Below, piece after piece: positions 17,880 through 25,900 of a DNA stretch of 64,000 bases. A program made the translations under genes and the position numbers. Under the pieces are notes generated by a model that did no database searches, had not been told where the DNA came from, and saw only the letters and a list, made by a program, of their open reading frames with translations. Origin of the DNA: an uncultured archaeon (lineage in GTDB: Archaea; Nanobdellota; Nanobdellia; Pacearchaeales; GW2011-AR1); assembly GCA_902385655.1 (NCBI GenBank), contig CABMGO010000005.1, forward strand, positions 248,693 to 312,692. The letters are read 5' to 3'. Within the stretch, counting starts at the first letter, position 1, and each line of letters starts with the position of its first letter.

Positions 17880-18602
17880 ATGAAAAAAAAGAGGGAGTTC
17901 AGGCCTGCAACTCTAGACGAAAGAAAAAAATTTTATGAAACTGAATTCTCTATAAAAAAAGTAAAGAAGTGGTTTAAAAAGAATAATCTTCCGACCCCCC
18001 AACTGTGTGCGATTGACACGGGAACAGAAACAGGAATAACCCTAAAAAAAGAATGGAAAAATACTCTTTTCTATTTTCCATTTAATAAACTTGAAGAAAA
18101 AATAAAAAAGTACTGCCCAGAGGATGTTTACTATGACAGAAACATCTACACTAATCCAAATGAGGTATTGAATACATTAAAATTTGAGACTTATATTGGC
18201 CAACAGCTCGTATTCGACATAGACTTGGATAACCTAAGGGGAAAGAAAAACCAAAAAATTAATTCAGAAAACATAAAACGAGCTTATGGAATAACAAAAA
18301 AGATGGTAACTGTTTTAAAGAATAACGGCTTCAAAAAAATGCAAATCGTTTATTCTGGCAGAGGATTTCATATCCACGTTTTTGATAAAAAAGCATTTAC
18401 TTTAAGAGATTATGAAAGAAAAAAGCTAAATAAAACATTAAAAGAGTTTCCAATAGATCCCTGGGTTTCAGCAGGACATATCCGACTTATTAGAATGCCG
18501 TATTCATTGCATGGAATGATTTCTAGAAAAGTAATTCCAATAATGAATAGCTTCAATGAAACAGAAACAATACCTGAATTTCTAGGAAAAAATCGCCATT
18601 AG
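17880..18602 (+). CDS. minimal PriS-like primase catalytic subunit
   Basis: LVFDIDLDN, YSGRGFHIHVFD, RLIRMPYSLHGM. Confidence 0.75.
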   Translation: MKKKREFRPATLDERKKFYETEFSIKKVKKWFKKNNLPTPQLCAIDTGTETGITLKKEWKNTLFYFPFNKLEEKIKKYCPEDVYYDRNIYTNPNEVLNTLKFETYIGQQLVFDIDLDNLRGKKNQKINSENIKRAYGITKKMVTVLKNNGFKKMQIVYSGRGFHIHVFDKKAFTLRDYERKKLNKTLKEFPIDPWVSAGHIRLIRMPYSLHGMISRKVIPIMNSFNETETIPEFLGKNRH

Positions 18603-18668
18603 TAGTTAGCTCCAAATCTTCTCAAAAATCTCACTTCCCTAGTATGAAATTTTTTTCTGATATGTGAA

Positions 18669-18854
18669 TTAACCTCTCTTCACTTTTTTCTTGTAGTAAT
18701 ATTTTTTCTTTTTAGAAGATTTTTTTGTAGCCATCTTGAGAAACTTCATAATTTTTTTAACCTTAGACTCCTTAGTTTTCCCACTCGGACCTCTCCCACA
18801 AAAAACACAGTCGGATTTTTTTAAAAGTTTTTTCTTTACAATTTTTTTTACCAT
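18669..18854 (-). CDS. small lysine-rich protein with CxxC
   Basis: ORF track. Confidence 0.4.
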   Translation of the reverse strand: MVKKIVKKKLLKKSDCVFCGRGPSGKTKESKVKKIMKFLKMATKKSSKKKKYYYKKKVKRG

Positions 18855-18863
18855 GAATCAAAG

Positions 18864-19080
18864 TGCTGATAGCGGGCTCGGTGAAAGAGTTCCATAAACA
18901 CTCGCCGAATCAATCTTTACCTATCGACATGTTTTAATGGTTATCTTTTTCGTGCCATGAGGAAGCTTAACAAGTGCAGATCTTTTACAGAGAGTTATAG
19001 CCCGTTCTCTGCGTTTCTAGTGAGCACTTGACAGAGGCTTTATGGCCACATCCTTTCCAGGACAACCGTTTCTATCAGCA
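18864..19080 (-). ncRNA. candidate ~217-nt structured non-coding RNA of unknown class
   Basis: Terminal stem TGCTGATAG/CTATCAGCA (9 bp), internal CAAGTGC/GCACTTG; archaeal TATA (aaatatataagg) ~25 nt upstream on - strand; no ORF; locally higher GC. Confidence 0.6.
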
Positions 19081-19122
19081 AAATAAAATATTGATTTTTC
19101 CTTATATATTTATCCGACCACT

Positions 19123-19491
19123 TTAGAATGACACATCTGAATGATCATTCAGATGTTCCTTATAGCTTTCAAACTTATTTAATAAAAACTCTACACTTTC
19201 TGCATTATTATCTTGACTTAAAGAATAATAAAGCTCTTTGCCTTCTCTTCTAAAATCAACAACACCAATATCTTTCAAAACTTTTAGTTGATGAGAAACT
19301 GCAGAAGGGCTAATGTCTACAAATGAAGCAATTTCATTAACATTTAATTCCTTTATCGTATTCAAAAGTATAAGAATCCTAATTCTAGATTCATCGCTGA
19401 GAATTTTAAGTTCGCCAGCAATATCATTGATTAACTTATCGGAGTTAATCTTTTCTTTTAATGAATGTTTCCTCTCCTTTTCCATGAGCAT
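19123..19491 (-). CDS. ArsR-family HTH regulator
   Basis: ILSDESRIRILILLNTIKELNVNEIASFVDISPSAVSHQLKVLKDIGVV. Confidence 0.85.
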   Translation of the reverse strand: MLMEKERKHSLKEKINSDKLINDIAGELKILSDESRIRILILLNTIKELNVNEIASFVDISPSAVSHQLKVLKDIGVVDFRREGKELYYSLSQDNNAESVEFLLNKFESYKEHLNDHSDVSF

Positions 19492-19599
19492 TAGAAGATA
19501 TTGAGGGATTATAAATCTTCTTTCAGAGTTCCAACTAATTTAATTAAAAGCACAAAAGAAAAATTGTGCTGTAGCGAAAACAAATCAGCTAACGCTAAA

Positions 19600-19839
19600 T
19601 TACTTCAAATTTGATGGAGATATGAAGATTATTGTGTCTCCTCTCAAGAACGCAAGGCCGTAGCTTCTTGTCATTTGACCATTATCCATTTCTTTTGCAT
19701 TGTCCATGACAATGTTGATATGGATGTCAAAAGCAACAAGAGTTCCAACGATCTGCTTGCCAGTCTTAAGCTGAACAATGATCTCTTTACCTTTGGACTG
19801 ATTTAACAAATCCAATGGTCTCTCGATTCCTTTTACCAT
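19600..19839 (-). CDS. Sm-like (Lsm) RNA-binding protein
   Basis: RPLDLLNQSKGKEIIVQLKTGKQIVGTLVAFDIHINIVMDNA. Confidence 0.9.
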   Translation of the reverse strand: MVKGIERPLDLLNQSKGKEIIVQLKTGKQIVGTLVAFDIHINIVMDNAKEMDNGQMTRSYGLAFLRGDTIIFISPSNLK

Positions 19840-20039
19840 AATTCATTCTTATTTCATGTCTTTTTAAAGATATCTGTGATATTTTTTTTCTCGGATAAAA
19901 CTAATTTTCAAGTATCCTAAAAATAGAAGACAGAAACTTTCTCACTTAACAAAAAGGACAATTTTAGAAAGTAGAAATAAACTCGAAGAAAACTTTGCAA
20001 TTCCCAAACAAGTTGGCTAACACAAAATAATTTGGAGGA

Positions 20040-20109
20040 GGGTGAGCAATTCGCTTTTCATAAAATATGCAAAGCAACAAAAATAAAACTCAGAAATGTA
20101 AATTGCGAA
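20040..20109. repeat. R5 copy nested in an R3-like element (about 19992-20160)
   Basis: GGGTGAGCAATTCGCTTTTC…CAGAAATGTAAATTGCGAAAG. Confidence 0.75.
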
Positions 20110-20238
20110 AGTTCTGCGAAGCAGAAATAGAGTGGGAGATTAGAATCGCAAAGTTTTCGACCAAACCACATACGCTCGCACTTCGTGCTCGCATAAAAAA
20201 TCCAAACGTTTATAAATGAATTTTTGTGATAAACACAT

Positions 20239-20595
20239 ATGGCAGGAAGAAAAATATCCGGTGGAAAATACCACAAAGCAAGAAAGAAAAAGAAATATGA
20301 ACGAAGAGGACACGACAGAGTAGTTAGACTTGCAGATAGAAAAGTTAAAATGATAAGAGGAAGAGGCGGAAGTTTAAAACAAGTTTCTCTTGCTCAAAAT
20401 ACAATCAACATCATCAAAAACGGCAAAGGCAAAGTTGCTAAGATAAAAAACGTAGTAGAAACACCCTCAAATCGTTTCCTAGCTAGACAAAATGTTCTCG
20501 TTAAAGGAGCTATTGTCGATACTGATTTAGGCAAAGCAAGAATAACAAACAGACCAACACAAGAAGGCCATGTTCAGGGCGTTTTAGTTGAATAG
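20239..20595 (+). CDS. rps8e: ribosomal protein S8e
   Basis: GRKISGGKYHKARKKKKYERR. Confidence 0.9.
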   Translation: MAGRKISGGKYHKARKKKKYERRGHDRVVRLADRKVKMIRGRGGSLKQVSLAQNTINIIKNGKGKVAKIKNVVETPSNRFLARQNVLVKGAIVDTDLGKARITNRPTQEGHVQGVLVE

Positions 20596-20638
20596 TCATT
20601 GAGGAGATAGTTATTAGGAACTAAATTCTAAGTAAAAA

Positions 20639-21208
20639 ATGAAAAGAAATTATGAATTTCATCTTTTAAATCCCTTCACTGAAGATAATCTAGATTTTTA
20701 TGAAATGCAAGCTGGCTGGAAAAATTGGGATGTTTTAGAAAAAAGATGGACACTTTTATTCCAAAGTGGCCGAGAAAAAGAAGTCATAGCTGAATTAAGT
20801 AACAGCACCTTAAGACTTCCACTTAAAAAGAGACATACTCCCTTAGTTAAAATAGACGAAGATTATTATGCTCATCAAGGAGATATCAGCTGCCTCAATC
20901 AAAATGAAACCACTAAGATGACAATAGCTAGATATCTTAAAATAGACTTGAATAGTTACAAAGAAGAAGCAGTGAAAGTTGCAACTAAGATGATTCGAGA
21001 ACATGACTTATCTCTCGGTGACCGAGCAATAGTAAGAAATGTTGCACTATTATCCTTAGAAAAAATTATAGAACTATTATCATCCGAATCAAGATTTGAT
21101 TTCCCAATAGATTTAGTTTTAGAATTAGATAAAAACGAAGGAACAATTGAGGAATTAGAAAGATATGGATTTGAAGTAGATTCAACAAAAGTAAGAACAT
21201 ATAGATAA
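20639..21208 (+). CDS. conserved hypothetical protein
   Basis: ORF track. Confidence 0.55.
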   Translation: MKRNYEFHLLNPFTEDNLDFYEMQAGWKNWDVLEKRWTLLFQSGREKEVIAELSNSTLRLPLKKRHTPLVKIDEDYYAHQGDISCLNQNETTKMTIARYLKIDLNSYKEEAVKVATKMIREHDLSLGDRAIVRNVALLSLEKIIELLSSESRFDFPIDLVLELDKNEGTIEELERYGFEVDSTKVRTYR

Positions 21209-21276
21209 ACTCTCTCGTCGACATAAACCGAAAGGTTTAAAAATGCAAATCGTTTAAAAACCTTACTATATCTAAC

Positions 21277-22251
21277 ATGGTTCAAGCAAAAAAATGTCCA
21301 GAGTGCGGTAGTTCTCATTTAATTTACGACGAAGCAAGAAGCGAAGTCATTTGTGGTGACTGTGGTCTTTTAGTTGAAGAAAAAATGGTGGATACATCTC
21401 ATGAATTAAGAGCTTTTGACAAATCAGAAAAAAAATCAAGAGGTGGCGCACCAATTTCTATGCAAAAATTCGACAAAGGTTTAACAACTAACGTCGGAGA
21501 AATTTCAGACATTTACAAATTAGATTCTGCAAACCAAACAAGAAAGTATTTAAGATTAAAAAAATGGCAAGAAAGAGTTTCAACATCTATTGAAAGAAAT
21601 TTAAGACTTGCAATGGCAGAATTAAGAAGAGTCGCATCTTTCTTAGAACTTCCTCCAGTAGTTAGAGAAGAAGCTGCAAGAGTTTACAATTATGTTTTAC
21701 AAAGAGGACTAGTCCGAGGAAGATCCATGGAGTCCGTAATTGCTGCATGTATTTATGCTGCTTGTAGATCATACAATATTCCCAGAACATTAGATGAAAT
21801 TTCCATCGCATCTGAAGTAGAAAGAAAAGAAATTGGAAGAACATACAGATTTATCATAAGAAAAATTGGAATTAAAGTTACTCCCTCATCTCCAAAAGAC
21901 TACATTTCTAGATTTGCATCAACATTGCACTTATCTCCAAAATCTCAAAATGGAGCATTAGACATTTTGAAAAGAGCAGAAATTTCCGAGTTAACATCCG
22001 GAAGAGGCCCTGCAGGAATTGCAGCAGCAGCATTATATGTTTCAGCTTTACTCAGCGACGAGAAAAAAACACAAAGAGAAGTCGCAGATGTTGCAGGAAT
22101 AACAGAAGTTACAATAAGAAATAGGTATAAAGAACTTTTAGACAGATTGGGCCTTGAAGAAAAAATAAAACTAAAAGAAACTGAAAAATCAAGCCCGAAA
22201 GAGGAAACTGAAAAAGAAGAAAAGAAAACAGAAAAAACTTCTAAAAAATAA
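21277..22251 (+). CDS. tfb: transcription initiation factor IIB (TFB)
   Basis: KKCPECGSSHLIYDEARSEVICGDCGLLVEE + cyclin repeats. Confidence 0.95.
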   Translation: MVQAKKCPECGSSHLIYDEARSEVICGDCGLLVEEKMVDTSHELRAFDKSEKKSRGGAPISMQKFDKGLTTNVGEISDIYKLDSANQTRKYLRLKKWQERVSTSIERNLRLAMAELRRVASFLELPPVVREEAARVYNYVLQRGLVRGRSMESVIAACIYAACRSYNIPRTLDEISIASEVERKEIGRTYRFIIRKIGIKVTPSSPKDYISRFASTLHLSPKSQNGALDILKRAEISELTSGRGPAGIAAAALYVSALLSDEKKTQREVADVAGITEVTIRNRYKELLDRLGLEEKIKLKETEKSSPKEETEKEEKKTEKTSKK

Positions 22252-22312
22252 TTCTGATAAAAATTAAAAGAATTAACTAAATCTTTAAATAGCACGATCG
22301 TCTCTCAAAATT

Positions 22313-22513
22313 ATGGCACTAAGTATCGGAGAAAAAGAAAGAACTTATCTGGATTCAGTCTACTCTCTTCATAGAGCTGTAACTACCGAACAAAAAATAG
22401 AAGTATTGCAAAGAAGAAGCAGATATAGGTATGACAGCTGTTCAACAATTGATGAAAGACTTCAAGCATTAGAATTAGCAACAATATCTGACGAAGCACC
22501 TCCACAGGACTAA
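22313..22513 (+). CDS. small hypothetical protein
   Basis: ORF track. Confidence 0.4.
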   Translation: MALSIGEKERTYLDSVYSLHRAVTTEQKIEVLQRRSRYRYDSCSTIDERLQALELATISDEAPPQD

Positions 22514-22717
22514 CCCTCCAAAAGTTCTAGCCCAATAGGGTTTTATGTTAACTAAATTTAATTTTTTTAACCATTTGGGGAGATGCCTATGCTACTCTAA
22601 GTTTACATCTCGCAATTTTTTTATAGATTTAATTGGTTTGCTCGAAGCGAACTTTTCGGTCAAACGTTTGCCCACTCCGATAATTTTATAAGCATTCTTT
22701 GTTCAAACTCTTTATTC

Positions 22718-22800
22718 GGGGAGATGCCGGAGTGGTCAAACGGGTCTGGCTTAGGACCAGATAGCTTACGCTTACAGGGGTTCGAATCCTCTTCTCCCCA
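22718..22800 (+). tRNA. tRNA-Leu(TAG)
   Basis: GGGGAGA…TCTGG CTTAGGA CCAGA…TTCGAATCCTCTTCTCCCCA. Confidence 0.9.
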
Positions 22801-22861
22801 TTTCTATTTGCTGTTGAATGAAATGAAACAGCATTGAAGAAGATTCTAATGCTATACAAAA

Positions 22862-22956
22862 ACAGGGGACGAACAAAACGCTTCGAGTGAAAAGAAAAGT
22901 AAAATGAAAATTATTTTCACGAGATGCATTTTGTGAGGGAGAATCCTCTTCTCCCA
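22862..22956. repeat. R5 hairpin inside a split tRNA-Leu 3' fragment copy
   Basis: acagggg | ACGAACAAAACGCTTCGAG…ACGAGATGCATTTTGTGAGGGA | gaatcctcttctccca; cf. tRNA acaggggttcgaatcctcttctcccca. Confidence 0.85.
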
Positions 22957-22969
22957 TGCCTCACTAAAA

Positions 22970-25900
22970 TTAAGCAACACTAGAACAACTTAAATCAGTA
23001 CCACCATAAGTACAACCGTTAAGATAACTTAAATCAGAATAAGCAGAAGAAATACTTATCGGCTGATTCTTTGTAACCCTTGCAACAATTGCATCACCTT
23101 TCTTAACTAAATAATAATCTCCGCCAGCACTTGCAAGAACATACCCACTATCAGCACCATTAACCAAGATAATATTGTTGGATCCAATACTAACTTTCGG
23201 AGAAGTGCTACTCGAAGCAATATCTGCTGCAGCTGCAGCGTCAGTCTGAGCAGGAGTTTCTTGTGCAATTTGAGTTGTTGTGCCGCCCTTATTAGAGCTA
23301 GTATCTGGAGCACCAATAATAAGCTTCACAACTTTTTCATACAAGAAATATTTCTGCAATAATGCCTCCGCCTGCTGTAAGTCTAAATAAGCATAACTGA
23401 TTAATTTATCAACACTACTCAAAGTAGGTTGTATTTTACTATCGATATTCGAAGCAGTTGTAGATTTGTCTATGCCTGCCAAATTAGAAATATTTGTTCT
23501 TACTGCCAACAATAAAGCAGAAGTTTCATTTTCAGTCAAAACACCATCGCCCGTGTTTACTCTATTCTGTATAAAATCCTGAGCACTTGCAATACTACCC
23601 GTAGCTCCATAAACTTCACTAACTACATTCTTCACAGAATTTTGATCCAACCAACATTTAATATTATCTGACCCACACGTTCCAACTTGAGTCCATCTAG
23701 CAGAATTTGTTCCCTTTCCAGGATTTTCCGTCGCACAAACTCGCACAATTCCATTCAGAGCAATATTTGGTTGGGTAGCAGTTTCTACTCCTGCCTGAGG
23801 ATTTAAGTTAGCAAGACCATAAACACTTGCACTTCCCTGGATACACTCTTTTTCAGTTTGTATATTTGTCTGATTAGCTTGATCTTTTGCATACGCCGCG
23901 TTTAGTGTATCCAAACCATAATCAGTTGTAACGGATTTGAACCCACACTCTTCTCTTCCATTAATTGAAACACAAAGTTCTTTATATCCTGCAGGAAGAG
24001 TCATATCTTTAGTTTCAGAAACTTGCGCACCAGCAGCAATATATCCAACCTTCACGCTAACTCTTTGTGCATTAACATAATAACTCGAGCTTGGAGGATT
24101 TTTCAAATAAACTTGGTAACTTACTCCAGTATCTTTTCCAGCATAAATATGGTAAAACACTTTATACTGTGAAGTAGCAGGAACAGTCGCCTCTGTAAAA
24201 GGAATTTCGCTAAACTGCGCATAAAATTGGTAAGGAGATTCAGGTTGCAATAGTTTATCTAAAATATCTCCAGAACCAGGAATAGAAGTTCCAACAAAAT
24301 TTCTACAATATTCGGTGCCGATATCTTCAATGTTTCCAAATTTAACCGCACTAAATGAATTTACAGCATAAGTATTTTTGAAATAGTCCAAACTTTTTTG
24401 CATGTTATCCCATGAAGCTTGGAAAGTTGCGTACTCTCCTCCACCGCCTGTTTGACCAAATCCTTTTTGTCCACCCGTATAAACATACTCTGCAAGATTA
24501 GGGATTAAGTTTTGCATTAGAGGGGCAGCCTGTCTCCAGAAAAATTCACATTTGTAAACCGCAGTTATCTCATCGCAAATTCCAGAATAAGTACCATTAT
24601 TTGCTGCTGCTGCCATGCAATCTCTTTGTGCTTTCAAAATAGAAATGTAGCCATCTATTCCTGCATAAACTCCCGTTAAACAGAATGGAACAAAAACATC
24701 TCCGCCAAGTCCAACAAAGTTCTTAGAACATAAAACCAAACTTCCAATAATTCCAGACTGAATAACATTCGGAACATTTGTCTGTCCTCCGAAATTACAC
24801 CTTGAACTTGGGCAGATAACCGGGTCACAGACGTTGTATAAAACCTTACAATCATCAACACTCATAAAGTCTTCACATTCATAGGGAAGATTTCCATCAC
24901 TAGTCATTGGAGCATCAACACCTACAGAACCGAAAGAAGAAATGCTAATCGACTTTTTGCCATATTGTTGTGCAGCTTGTCTAATTGCACTTTCAGCTTC
25001 AGATCTTAATCTCTGAACATCCTGTGTTGACAAAGCACACTCACCGTAAGTTGTTGCATCAGTATTAACATTATTACTAAAACAAGAATCATCTCCGCCT
25101 CTTAATTCCATTATCCCATTTGCACCAACACTACAGAGATAGTAATAAGTAGGAACTCCAGAAACAGTATATCCCTTAACATTATTAGACAAGAAACCTC
25201 CGCTAGACTGAGGAACAAGAACATACCACCCTTGTTTATCGAATGGGACTACTGCAGGCATTCCTTTGTTGGGGTCACTATCGTAAAATCTAACTCGTGC
25301 ATCCTTGTAGTTATAATTGCATTTCTTACCAATATTTTCCTTGAAAATAATTTGTGAACCTTGCAAGTCTTTGGTTTCGACAACATTTTTTAATTGAATT
25401 TGAGTTTTATCCGAGCTAACATCAAATGCTACCTTAATTCTTTCTTGATAACTAGAAGAAGCAGTATTATCTGTTTTAACAGCAACAAGGAGTATCCACT
25501 GCCCATTAGGTTTAACTGAAGAAATGCCTACCTTGGCGTTGTCATCAACTCCAGACATAGCTCTAGAAAATGTTTCTTCAACGCTTCCAGAACTTGGATT
25601 AACTAACGAATTAGAAATAACTTTTTTTAAGTTACCTAGACTAATTGGGAAAATACCATTGACAGTAATTTTATTTTTATCAGTTAAAACAGAATAAGCA
25701 CTGTCCTTTATAGACGCTGGGAGCTCCTCCGCCAAAGTAGCCGTATTTCCGTTAGCATTTAAATTAGAATAAATCCCATAAAGCACATTATTAGTAGTAC
25801 CTTGTATAGAGGTTTTAAATTGCGGACTTGCCTTTTGACAACTCTGGATTTCCTTATTTAATAAATACGATTTAACATTATCAAATGTACCAAAATTATT

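Noticed and set aside
18864-19080. Firm assignment as RNase P RNA or SRP RNA
   Set aside because: I could not locate the paired P4 conserved motifs (AAG…CUU with ACAGAA) or the SRP S-domain GGAAGG/AGCAG signature; kept as unassigned ncRNA.
22862-22956. R5 hairpins as simple transcription terminators of tRNA genes
   Set aside because: They contain copied, split tRNA sequence, carry conserved asymmetric interior (CGCTTTGA / GAAATGC), occur in both orientations relative to tRNAs and also away from them.
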